A stretch of 62,887 nt of DNA, counting the filler, from Rhabdomonas costata (Eukaryota): assembly GCA_019059605.1 (NCBI GenBank). It is 49 parts of 49 records of this genome, joined end to end, with 100 filler letters (N's around TTAATTAATTAA, not from the genome) between each part and the next. Parts side by side here need not be neighbours in the genome. Positions count along the whole stretch, not along the records: positions 50,140 to 51,324 come from JAHMHO010024530.1; positions 51,425 to 52,609 come from JAHMHO010024531.1; positions 52,710 to 53,894 come from JAHMHO010024532.1; positions 53,995 to 55,179 come from JAHMHO010024533.1; positions 55,280 to 56,463 come from JAHMHO010024534.1; positions 56,564 to 57,748 come from JAHMHO010024535.1; positions 57,849 to 59,033 come from JAHMHO010024536.1; positions 59,134 to 60,318 come from JAHMHO010024537.1; 41 more parts are not named here. One strand, written 5' to 3'. The position numbers and the translations under genes were made by a program. Shown here in pieces: positions 50,703 to 62,470 of this stretch; position 1 is the first letter of the stretch; each line of letters starts with the position of its first letter. The notes beneath the pieces are model-generated. The model did no database searches. It was not told the DNA's origin and saw nothing but the letters and a program-made list of their open reading frames with translations.

Positions 50703-51586
50703 TGATCTGTGGAGGAGTTCTGCGGTTGCAAGTGTGCACCACCTGTCCCGTTACCAAGAGGGACTACTCATGCGCGAAAAAAGAATGGTGGAAAAATGAT
50801 CCGAATAGATGGTGCGTCAGGGTTTTTGAATGGTCAGCAAGGACGGTACAAAAGATTGGGTGCCGTGCAGGTATACAAGCAAACTTGTCACGGAAAAGAA
50901 AGAGACAAGCTTTCTGAAAAGAGATTCCAATGTCCAGGATGTGCAGATGTGTGGTTTGGGTGATTGGGACAGAAATAATGTCTGTGTATATTTGTGCGCA
51001 AAAGAAAAAGACGGAGGAGAAGGATGCTGTTTCAATGAGTTTCCACCCCGATGAAGAACAAAAGCAGGAAAGGTGTGTTTGAGGGAGATAATCCATGTCC
51101 CTGCATAGGTCTCCCTGGGAGAGTCCCCCCCCCAGCCCCCACCACGCGCTGAATTCGCGCTTGATATGTGATTATAATCAACAGTTTTCAGGAAGCTGAC
51201 CTAACTATCTGATTACTTGCCGAGAGTGCACATCCCTTGACTGAGAAATTTCAATCAATGGGAAAGCATGGAGAATATATATGCCTCCCCTGTACCGTCC
51301 TTGCTGACCATTCAAAAACCCAACNNNNNNNNNNNNNNNNNNNNNNNNNNNNNNNNNNNNNNNNNNNNTTAATTAATTAANNNNNNNNNNNNNNNNNNNN
51401 NNNNNNNNNNNNNNNNNNNNNNNNCGGTATGCCAGCTGTCTGCGCTTGCGTTTCCACTGCAATGATTCACACACGTTTAGTGGTCGTGTAATCTGGTTTT
51501 CAGTCAAGATGCGGTCGAGCGAAATATCGAGTCGGCCCAAAGATTGGTGGTGGTGTTCAAGGGGACTGGTCATCTTTATCCTCCAG

Positions 51587-52154
51587 GTTGGCGTACTACC
51601 GTCGTATGAAGGAATGCATCGTGATGAAGCAGTTTTGCCGGCAATACAAGCCCACCCAGAAGCCCCAGGTTGTGCTCTTCGACCCCTCTGTGGCCCTCTC
51701 ACTTTGCTCGGGGTTATTTGACGTTTTCGTGCGCGTAAAGGGTAACTTGGCTGCATATATGCCCATTGGACTCTTCTCAAGATGACCCACAACCTATGCC
51801 TACTGCACCGTGGTCAGCTGGATCACCCAAATTCAACACATTCCCTTCCCACGTTCCCACGATTCTCACGTTAGGCATTGCAATACGATGAAGTCTCTTT
51901 TGTGGGTGACTTCAATGGTGGCAGTGTGTGGGCCAAGAGTGAAAGTGTATGTTTGTGTGGGGTCAGGTTCTCCCTCCAGCGGAGTGTGTGATGAACCTCA
52001 AGCCCCCTACGGGGGAGTCTGCAGAGGGGACGGGGTACGACCCCACTACGGTGAGATGGGGGCTTCCCCCGGACACCACCCTGCTGCACAGCCTGCCCGC
52101 ACTGCTGCTGCAGAAGCTGCAGGACGAGCAGATTGACCGCATGCAGGCCCTGAG
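51587..52154 (+). CDS. Unknown protein, exons 51587-51668 and 51967-52154
   Basis: LAYYRRMKECIVMKQFCRQYKP / VRWGLPPD...LLQKLQDEQIDRMQAL; phase-0 GT-AG intron. Confidence 0.6.
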
Positions 52155-52885
52155 GTGGGCTCCTGTGTGTGTATATGTTTGTTTGCAGCTGAGGGCTGCT
52201 GTGATGTTGGAGTGATGTCAATAGTGTGTTTACTAAGTGGCTTTTGTTGGTGTTGTTCCACACGCACTCTTTGTTTAGGAGAAGACTCCCAACCCTCCAG
52301 ATGATAGCTGTGGAATTTTTTTTAGGAGGAGTGACTCTGAAGATGCGGCACAATTCCTTTTTGTGGCTTTTCTTGTTCTTGTCAAGTCCTTTCTTTCCAC
52401 ACGCGCCTTCCACGTGCACTATATGCGCACTTTGCAGCCTGGGCCCCTCGCTCTTGTCTTGCCTATATCGTTGCGGTTATGCCCCACGGAAGGGATTAAG
52501 ACAATGTGCTGATTGTTTTGTCACAGCTTGGAGATTGATGCAACGAAGCGGGCGAAGGAGGAGCAGGTTGCCATTTTTGGCTTGCTTTTTTTCCCGAAGA
52601 CAACAAACANNNNNNNNNNNNNNNNNNNNNNNNNNNNNNNNNNNNNNNNNNNNTTAATTAATTAANNNNNNNNNNNNNNNNNNNNNNNNNNNNNNNNNNN
52701 NNNNNNNNNTGCGCTTGAAGGTCGAGGACAAGGAATCCGAGAGTTTTGGAGAGAACCAAAAGAATTCACACAGGCGAAGCATGACGAAGGAAAGCATGGT
52801 TACATCGTTTTCGCATCCAAACGGTGGTGGGCGGGTTGCAGGCTGTGGCGGGCAGGGCCTTACCGGCTCTCCGTCTCCGGAGCAG

Positions 52886-53492
52886 GTCGTCACGGACCAC
52901 ACCAACTGGGACTTGGTGTGTGATGTGGTGAACTCCCTGCACTACCCCTCCGCCACGCCCCGCGCCGCGTTCCACTGCAAGAACCACTTCGCGGTGATCG
53001 CTCCGGCCAACCGACACCTCTGGGTGGTTTGTGCGGATGTGCATGTCTTGGCTGGGAGAGCGACTCTGTGCGTTCCTCTGGATTCACTATGAACTTAAAC
53101 GTATCTGTGGATGTGCATGCCTGCCTATAGCGCATGACTGCGTCTTGGAAGGAGGTGGGTACCTCCCAGTATGGGCTGAAATGTGGGCAAGCCCGCGTGC
53201 TGTTCTTCCCCTGTTCACCTTTTTTTTCTACTCACCTCACCCCCCTAAACTGTATATCAGTTTACGTTCAGGATCATCTGCCTGGCTTTTCAGCCATTGG
53301 CAGCACAGTAGCATCTTGAGTAGTGCCTCCCTTGAAGGCGTTGCCGTGCTGGTTTATAATGACGACTTACCGTGTTGGTTCATCCCCTTTTCAAACTGTG
53401 CCACTGCTCAGCCGACGATGCCACCCCCGCCTCGCCGGAGGAGCCCCTCTGCCGCACGGATCTTTGGCTCCCTGCTTCGAATCCAGAAGGAG
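52886..53492 (+). CDS. Eaf1/EP400-type Myb/SANT domain protein, exons 52886-53023 and 53412-53492
   Basis: HTNWDLVCDVVNS....R....CKNHF resembles the NWDLVSDVVNS...R...QC SANT motif. Confidence 0.65.
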
Positions 53493-54665
53493 GTGCGAAT
53501 CCCACTCCCCTCAGCCCACCACATGCGGATTTGTTGACATGTGTTTTGGCTCTGGCGTGGTGTCCTCTGCCACCCTCCGTTAATCTTTTACTGGTAGCAT
53601 GTCTGTGCCCCTCTGCCTTATGCTTGGACCTTGAACCCGCGATCCCGAAGTTCGGTTGTACCTCCTTGGTATCAGGATTGCCAAAACGCCTGAGCCAATT
53701 ACCCTGCCCCGTTCCTTCCGTTTTGGCATTTTTTTAAGTGTGTATGGGGGGTGGCATCCGGCGCTGCGGCTCCAAATGCAACTTCTCACGAACCTGTATT
53801 ATTTTCTCCTCTTCTTTTACTTTTTGAATCTTGGGGGACACAGACATGCTACCAGTAAAAGATTAACGGAGGGTGGCAGAGGACACCAACCACANNNNNN
53901 NNNNNNNNNNNNNNNNNNNNNNNNNNNNNNNNNNNNNNTTAATTAATTAANNNNNNNNNNNNNNNNNNNNNNNNNNNNNNNNNNNNNNNNNNNNGGGTGT
54001 TGTGGAACGAGTCGCGTTGATTTCAAAGTGGGACCCCGCAGATAGAGCACGTCCAAGACGAATGAGACCATTGCGCTGAAGTGATGCAAACGAGTAAAGT
54101 AGCAACGGAGATACATATCACCACGAAAGTTATAACCCCCCACTCGCCACGATTAGCAGCGGTAATCATGATCTCACCATTGCGCACAATTACCACAAGT
54201 ATCTGTGCATCAGACTCGCGAATGGCGATACGATACAACCAAGCAACAATGCGAGAAAAGAACACTTAACCTCACTTTACCGCACTTTAGCTCCAATCAA
54301 AAACTGGTCACGTATCAGATTCAAAACGAGCCCGACTTATGTCTGCTGATTCAAGCCGAGGCTCAGGAATTGCACAAACACTGTAGTGCTTCAACAAATG
54401 GTGTTGCACCCCAAAGCTTACAGGGTATTGACAAAAACAAAAGCAAAGGCGTGCTGCCGCTGGGCAGGCAGCACATCCAACATGTGCATAGAATGACATG
54501 AAATTAACGGGAAAACTGCACACTGGTAAGGAATTGCCATGCACGGAGAGACAAAAGGGCACACACACACACACACCAACCGCGACGCTATTGGAACAGA
54601 AAAGAGCGTGAATTCCGAAAAGCTAGTTCCTGCTATCACATTTCCCTCCTCCCTCGGGATCTGAA

Positions 54666-55110
54666 TCAGCTCTTTCCGCTCAGCCGGTTGACCACAGCGC
54701 TCATCTGATCTGCCTGCAACTTTCGCGAAGGCCTCGGCTTGAACCCATACGACTGAAGAAAGCCACACGCCAGTTCACAAACACCAAGGATTACTTTCCT
54801 TGTGTCCCCGAATAGCCTGAATGCCTCCATATTCCGTTTAACTCGGTTGATAGACCACAATCACAAGTTGACGATATAATAAAAAACCAAACGCACTCAC
54901 GGTTTTAAGACAAGCACTCCGTCCCAGTTTCCTCACCGACTATCACCACTCAAGAGGTCGTGGTTTGAAATACGGTGGACCAGAAGGGCCCAAAGAATCA
55001 GCGGCGGACCTCCTCAATGCGCTCGAGCTCAGCCTTTTTCCGCTCCAAGGACTTTGTGAAGAGCTTGTCCACAGCTTCCTTCAGCTCCTCTGCAGAAAGT
55101 TTCTTGGGCT
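54666..55110 (-). CDS. C-terminal exons (55110-55010, 54752-54666) of a helical repeat protein
   Basis: KKLSAEELKEAVDKLF and RKLQADQMSAVVNRL* internal repeat; phase-0 GT-AG intron; reminiscent of euglenozoan cytoskeletal hypothetical proteins. Confidence 0.7.
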
Positions 55111-57197
55111 CTGTGTGAAACCCACCATCTCCCAAGCCCGCCGCCACCTGACAACTGACAAGCCAACCTACAAAAAAAANNNNNNNNNNNNNNNNNNNNN
55201 NNNNNNNNNNNNNNNNNNNNNNNTTAATTAATTAANNNNNNNNNNNNNNNNNNNNNNNNNNNNNNNNNNNNNNNNNNNNTTGACGTGGGAAGTGAACGTG
55301 GAGGGAAACGGAAGGTGAGGGCATGACGTACGCTGTATCCACCACTCTGGTGCATGACTACGGCTACCCTTACGCCTCGACCTCCAACGCTGATGAACCC
55401 CAAAGGTAGAGCTACGCGTAGTGGAGCTCGCCGAGAGCGACCCGTCATCCTTCCACCAACATCCTGAGTTAGGGTGTAAGAGTGGGAGGTGGGCCCGCAG
55501 ATGAGGAGGGAGGAACGTAGCCACCTTGAATGGTGGTGAAGTGACGACCGGTACACGTAGAAGAGAGTGACCTCAGGGATGCATCTTCTACTCCTACTCC
55601 GCTACGCTTCGTGTCTCTTGGTCGTGACTGATGCCTTCGCTACGCTCAAACATCACCCACTCCTACTCAGTACTCAGTTAATAGATGAAGAGGAAGGGCG
55701 CCTGCGGCCAAGAAGAGGGTTGCTCTGTTTCAGTCGCTATGCTCTTCATGCTACGTCGTCACTCGCGTTGCTCGTTCCTCCACCTCTTGGTCGTCGTTGC
55801 TGCGCGCCTCCTCCAACCCATGAAGATGTAAGAATAGATGCTGATTCGCTACCCTCATGGCCATGGGGCCCCTGCTGCCTCCGGCGGTTGCTGCTCGCTT
55901 CGCATCGTCACTGCGTTCCTCGCTCCGTTGCGCAACACGAATCATTTTCCCACTCTACCTTATCAAGCACGCTTCGAAGGCTTCCAGAACGTTTCGTAGG
56001 CAGTGTGCCTTGATTTCATTTTCTTTCCCCGCTCCCCTGCTCGTAGCACCCCTTTCCCAATCTGTGCCATCTATCACTCACTTCTTCCCGTATTTTTTAA
56101 GTTCAAGCGGAATCCCCTTCCTTTCCATGGCAACAAGAGTAACAGCAATTGTGGCAGTGCTGCCAATGCTGTCTCATCTACCCTCCGCTTCCAACGTTTC
56201 ACTCAAAAAACACACCCCACAGCTTTCCCAACAGTGTTCCGCCCAGTGTTCCGACCACTGTTCACGATTAACCGAAGAGTGAACGGGCGAAATCAACGAC
56301 ACTTTAAACTTGGCTTTTGGCTTACGTCGATGCGTGCACCGATGCACAACAGCAGACTGCCCTAGTGATCTCATAGGGGACGTTTCCTGGCGACGATACG
56401 GTCATAAAACCGCGGCAACCAACAATACCAGCCGGTAACCAATTTACTGCCCCCCCCCCCTTCNNNNNNNNNNNNNNNNNNNNNNNNNNNNNNNNNNNNN
56501 NNNNNNNTTAATTAATTAANNNNNNNNNNNNNNNNNNNNNNNNNNNNNNNNNNNNNNNNNNNNGTGTTGGGTGTGGGTGGGTGTTTGGTGTATGTGCGAG
56601 GATCGCATCCGCAGGCGGGATTTTCAATTTGCGTTTACGCAGAGGTGATCAGAAGGAATATGCCGAACACGCAATAAAAAGAATGTCGGTTGGGAGTGGA
56701 AGGACCGTGTAAAGCAACGCCCCGAAGAACATGGACCTCATACCTGGAGCGAGAATGGAGGGTCGGGGCTCAATCTTGTTGTGATGGTAATTTCCTGGAG
56801 ATTAGTTGACTACATCTAGTGGCCTATTTCTCTACGCCGAGATATAACCCCTAACCCCATAAAGGTTCTTTTTACGGGCATTTTCGACTTCGAAACGTTT
56901 CGAGGGCCATTTCACTGGAAACGTCACCGATATTGCCCCAGATGGCAGATGCATGCTATATGCTAAATTGCCATATTGAAGGAAGATGCGACGGTCAGGA
57001 TAGCTGCCACTCCCATGTGTGAGAGCAAATAGCGGGGAGTTACGTATTCCATGTTCACAAGCGGAGCCTGGAGCAAGTTGTCAAGACGTAAAGTGAAATA
57101 ATGCAACAGCTGACGAGAGAGCCCACACAGTAAGTAACCCAAACAGGAAGTATGCAGTGCCAGAAAAACCAATACATGGAAGAAATTCACTCGCCAC

Positions 57198-57439
57198 CTT
57201 TCCAGCGAAAGGAAGGAGCTCTCGCACGTCGCCACTTCCAGGAACTTAGACTGTGAATCCACCACGGAATGGCCCGGAGCATCATCGATCTTTAGCACCG
57301 CCATCTGCCTCATTCCACGGGCAAGACGAAACAAGGGAATCGTAATCAGTGCAGAGATCACCACGCTGCACAGCAAGCCCAGCGCCACCACTGCGCCCAT
57401 GGTGATGCCGACCATTCTCAGCACCGCCGCGTTGATATC
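57198..57439 (-). CDS. TM helix + HAMP domain exon of a receptor (probably a receptor cyclase or kinase)
   Basis: A hydrophobic segment followed by ITIPLFRLARGMRQMA.L......SKFLEV....SF; flanked by AG/GT. Confidence 0.75.
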
Positions 57440-58263
57440 CTACACGACCAAATTTCGGAGCACAACACAGAACATCAGCTCGAAGAAATATTAGCGCTTC
57501 CATGGGATTCCAGCAGGGATCGCTTGACGGCACAGCTCAGGATACCGCAGAGGACCACAGGCATAAATATAGGCTGAAAAGACTTTGAAACTGCTAATTT
57601 CTCAGTTTTCGGGGTGTTACTAGCCTCATAATGATAATAGTGGCCATGATATCCGATTATACGGGCACCCCCCCTCAAGTACCGTTCCCCAAAAGATCAG
57701 TCCAAATGAAAAACCTGCGCTTTTCGTTCAAAAAGCCGCCGAAACGCTNNNNNNNNNNNNNNNNNNNNNNNNNNNNNNNNNNNNNNNNNNNNTTAATTAA
57801 TTAANNNNNNNNNNNNNNNNNNNNNNNNNNNNNNNNNNNNNNNNNNNNTTTGTTGTGTACATTTTTTTGCGTTGTTTCTCGGTTTCTTCCGACACAGGAG
57901 ATTTCACTGGGGCTATCGGTGGACCGGGCGGCTGAGATAGGAGGCTGTCTCGGTTTTCAACAGGAGAATTTTAAACGCGTACGCGGGCGTTGCAGACATT
58001 TCGAAGCTTACTCTGTGAAGTTTTGTGCGCGGAGCAGCCTCAATTCCAAGACCTTTCACACACACAGTACAAAAGACTACCGTTGCAACCCTCGTTGTGC
58101 GTATAACGGCGGCCCCTTCTCCTAAAACGATCCTTGACCTGGATCGAGCATATGAAAGGCAATGTTTTTTTAGCGCTCGAGGATGTATCTCGTTGAATAC
58201 CACGTCGCTTCATCAGTCCTCCCTTTTGGTTCTTCCTGCCTTTGTTTGTGGTTTGCCCCTCAG

Positions 58264-59033
58264 CCGTGCCGACCTGCAGCGTTTCCACGTGGGCGAGTTT
58301 GTGTGGTGCATCAAGCTCGCAGACCATCGTGGACCTGTACAGCTACCAGTGCACAGGGACGCTGGACTTCTCCTTCTTCTCCTCCGTCACTTCCCTTACG
58401 ATTTATTCCGCTACCTTTGTAGGCGCCCTGACCATTCAGAATCTTCCTAACACTTTGATCTCACTGACGATTTACACCACAACCTTTGGCTCCGGCCTCA
58501 GTCTTGGCACCCTTCCCAGCTCGCTTTCCTTTCTCTGGATATACAGCTGCACCTTTAACTTCAGCCTCACCCTCGGCTCCATGCCCAGCTCCCTTCGGAC
58601 CTTCTACTTTTATTACAACACGATCCAGGGAGCCCTCAGCGTGAGCCTCCCCACCGGCGTGACCTACTTGGATATCAGCAGCATCAATCTCGCAGGTAAT
58701 CTACAGGTCACCAACATGCCCTACTTCAGCTCAGTTTCCATCTACTCCATCCGCTTGACAGCGAACTTCACTCCAACATTCACCTTCTCTCGGTCCAGTG
58801 GCACCTTCTCAACGTTTTCCCTGTATAGCAACTACTTTCCCTCGGGCGTCATACTCAACTTTCTCAGCTCGGTGTCCATCCTGGAGTTTTACAGCAATGC
58901 CATCTGTGGTAGCGTCTCCTCGACAGGGACCATCAGCAGTGGCAGCGTGTACGGCAACTCCGTGTCCTTCAGCTCCTCTGCACTGCAGGCCATGTTCCCA
59001 ACGCTGCCCAGCAGCAGCTTCTTCACCAACACA
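58264..59033 (+). CDS. Ser/Thr-rich LRR/FNIP-like repeat protein, probably extracellular
   Basis: Repeats of about 22 aa: LPNTLISLTI, LPSSLSFLWI, MPSSLRTFYF, LPTGVTYLDI; 770-nt open frame after CAG. Confidence 0.8.
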
Positions 59034-59205
59034 NNNNNNNNNNNNNNNNNNNNNNNNNNNNNNNNNNNNNNNNNNNNTTAATTAATTAANNNNNNNNNNN
59101 NNNNNNNNNNNNNNNNNNNNNNNNNNNNNNNNNGGGTGGGGGAGAAGGCACGATGCCAATGCGGGGCGAGCATGCCTGTGCGATGTGGTTAATATCCTGC
59201 GCGAA

Positions 59206-59227
59206 GTGTGTGTGTGTGTGTGTGTGT
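59206..59227. repeat. (GT)11 microsatellite
   Basis: Read directly from the sequence. Confidence 0.95.
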
Positions 59228-60111
59228 TTCGGTAAGCCGGAGGCACGTGAAAAGCCATATTAAATGCGGTATGTGTTCGGCTCCGCACTTCTAGCACGCA
59301 TACAAACGCACGGATGAAACTGGGCTGGTATCCCCCACCCCTTCACTCAAATGTACGTTGATGAGCAAAACTGGAGAAGAGGGAGCGATGCGAAATTGTC
59401 TGCATATTGCTCTCTACTCTGGTGTTGCTACTCACCCACCCTTCCTCCAGCTCGAGCCGTGAAAGTATTGGTTTGGAAGGTATCGTCTCCTTCTTCCTTT
59501 GTGTACACCTTGCTCACTCGCTCATCCTTCACCTTCCCTTCTCCCCCTATCTGCTCCCCAGTGCCTGACGCACCCACGCGCACAATTTTGCATACTCGCA
59601 CATTGTTTCACCCCACCCCGCGAATTGATTGTCTTGGTTACACTTTTCTTCCCTCTCCCTCCCCTTCCCACTCTTCGATCCGTTTTTCTGCATTCCTGCC
59701 CGCTCAGTTGAGCAAGATCTCTGGACATTCTTTCTGTCAGTCAGTTTCTGTCAGTGCCGTTTTTCTCACTGCAAAAAAATATTCCTTTCTTCTGAGACCA
59801 GCTTGGAATGTGTTTTGGTTATATCCGCCTATGGTCGCCTCAGCTGCTGTCACATTGACGGGCACAATTGCCCTTCCTGCAGGAGAAAGGACTGGAAGGC
59901 TAATCTTTTTCTGTTTTCGAACGAACTTCGCCGTTGCACAGTGCACGTGTGTAACCGCTGGAAAATTTCCTCTTCCCCCATCGTGCCTGTGTTGATATGT
60001 TTCTCACTCACAGTCCCCGGTCACCCGAAAGCAGGCGGACAGTCCGACAAAACGGTCGGAGCAGCCTTCCCTCACCGCCGCTCGAAAGGTCGCCTCGTTG
60101 TCTTGGTTTCA

Positions 60112-60314
60112 TTGTGTTATTGGCGAGATTTCCAAGCACAATACCAGTTCTTATCACGCAATAGCTGCTTGTCCGACTACCTGGCAGTTGTTTCACCACC
60201 TTGGACGCTGTTTTGAAAAAAGCGCCCTTATCTTATTGCATCATGGTTAGCATAGAAACAGCTATTGCGTGATAAGAACTGGTATTGTGCTTGGAAATCT
60301 CGCCAATAACACAA
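60112..60314. repeat. Perfect 56-bp inverted repeat with 91-nt spacer at contig end
   Basis: 60112-60167 is the reverse complement of 60259-60314. Confidence 0.92.
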
Positions 60315-61400
60315 CAAANNNNNNNNNNNNNNNNNNNNNNNNNNNNNNNNNNNNNNNNNNNNTTAATTAATTAANNNNNNNNNNNNNNNNNNNNNNNNNN
60401 NNNNNNNNNNNNNNNNNNAACCAGACAGCAGCCAGCGCGCAATGCGCACGTGAAGGAGAGCGATGATGCAAAGAAAACCGGCTCCGAGCTAAGATGCGCG
60501 CAGTCTGTGTGCTCGTACGGAGGGGAGGGGTCCTGTGGCACTGTTGTCAGACTTAGGGTGCCGGCTCACCAGGCAAGAGGCCCAAGCTTATGCAAAAATG
60601 CGAAAGAAACTCTATGTCCTCCTCCAACCGACTCAATTATGTGCCTTCGCCACAGGCGACTACTTCCGGCTGGTGTACGGTGGGCAGTCTGCGATTCCCC
60701 AGCTTCAGACATATTCTCGCCTGCGCCAACGTTGCGGGGTGCGTGCCCAAACCCGAACCTATCTCCTGCTTGCGTCCTCCCCCCCCCCCCCCACGCACAA
60801 TTTCCTTCCTCCAAAATTTGTCTTGAAATGCACTTTTTGCGCATTTTTGACTCCTTTTGACCCCAACTTGCATTCTTTTTCCTCCGTCCCAGTGCTCGCT
60901 GTTGAAGCAGACGGAAATTCTTCCGACGGTTGCCTGTAATACGGTTTTGTAGTGTTGACAAAATGGACCCAGGGCGGAAATTGGCTTTGCATGCACTTTT
61001 TTATTCATGTTTATTGCACAGTTTGTGTTTACATAGTCGAGCAAGAAGAGAAAGGGACCGACGAATTTCCTGAATTCTTGCAAAGTTTGCAAGCGGAGAT
61101 AGAGACCTGCAGCTTATTAGTGCTTATGTTCACGATATGATTCATCCAAGCTCGCAGTGATTGAGGGCCGGGGGTGCGACGACGTTCTTAAAAAAAAAAA
61201 GAAGAAAAGAAGCCCCCTTTGTGTTTTTTCATTTTGCAACGCATTTTTGGTCTCGCCATTCGCATTTTTCCCAGCCCTGACTTTTGATTTGTGAGCAAGC
61301 CCGATACGGTACGATTGTGTGTGTCCCGAACCGAACGCACCCCCCCCTCCCTTGCAACCGCTGGGATCCGAACACAAAATCACACAAATCGCACATTCAG

Positions 61401-61601
61401 CCCCACGCCAAGTGGCTGGCGAAGTACGCGCTGTTCCACAAGCGCGCGCTGGCCCGGCCCGACATGCACAAGTTCCTGAGCTACAAGTGCGAGGTGGGAT
61501 GCCACGGCCTGGGCGACCGCACCCTGGCCACGCTCTCTCTGTTCATGGTTGCCGTGCTGACAGGCCGGGCCTTCCTGGTGGACTCCGTGCACCCCAACCC
61601 C
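61401..61601 (+). CDS. Fucosyltransferase-like (GT37/GT23-type) exon
   Basis: YALFH...KFLSYKC...GLGDR..ATLSLFMVAVLTGRAFLVD matches the GLGNR......F..A.LT.R.LLVD motif. Confidence 0.75.
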
Positions 61602-61701
61602 NNNNNNNNNNNNNNNNNNNNNNNNNNNNNNNNNNNNNNNNNNNNTTAATTAATTAANNNNNNNNNNNNNNNNNNNNNNNNNNNNNNNNNNNNNNNNNNN
61701 N

Positions 61702-62244
61702 GGGTTGTGGGACCCGGGCCAACCCCCCATTCCACCGACGGCGCCTACGTCGGCCTACGTCAGCTTTGCGACGCTGATCTCCTGCAAAAACCAGGAAGAG
61801 GTTAGTCTTAGCCCAGTGTATTTTCGCTTCTGTCTAACAACACCCAAATTGACAACACCCAAATACAACACTCAAATTAAAATTGATCTTGAATGCAACG
61901 ACACATTTACTCCCAAAGGGGACCAAAAACGCCCAACTTCCAGTTTTGAGCCTCAAATGGAAAAAAACCTCCCAAGTTAAAGTGACTACTGTATGTGTGT
62001 TTGTAGGGCCGCGCGCCCCTGCCACGGGCCATTCTACTGAAAGGGAGGGGGGTGTCGGGGCGGAGGGTCCCGGGGCACTGGTGGGATATGGTCCGTGCTG
62101 GGGCTGGGGCGGACTCTGGGCGTGCATCGGAGGACAGAGGACCTGCTGTTCGCGTTGACGATGTGGGAGGCTGTGTGGCTGCCCCTGCTGTCCGAGCTGA
62201 GGACCCGCGCTTCACACAACCTGCAGCAGTTCAATGAAGTGAAG
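61702..62244 (+). CDS. Unknown protein, probable exons 61702-61800 and 62140-62244
   Basis: GTTAGT donor at 61801; DLLFALTMWEAVWLPLLSELR...EVK|GT. Confidence 0.45.
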
Positions 62245-62405
62245 GTCCGTGTACCAACGCGCAAAAGAGCTGCTGTAAAATACCGGAAGGTGTGATGATC
62301 TCAGGGTGAGGATAAGGGCGGGTCAACCTTCTTGGTTAGATCCTCCCCGGTTGCTTTCCCAATCAATTGAGGGTCTGGGTCTGGTTTGGGTTTCGGTTCT
62401 TTTTC

Positions 62406-62470
62406 GTTGCGTTGCGTTGCGTTGCGTTGCGTTGCGTTGCGTTGCGTTGCGTTGCGTTGCGTTGCGTTGC
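62406..62470. repeat. (GTTGC)13 microsatellite
   Basis: Read directly from the sequence. Confidence 0.97.

Noticed and set aside
1184-61701. Regularly spaced identical TTAATTAATTAA units as a CRISPR-like or biological array
   Set aside because: Each is embedded in N runs at a fixed 100-nt length, so it is an assembly linker. ORFs ending in XXX-LIN or XXX-N are artefacts.
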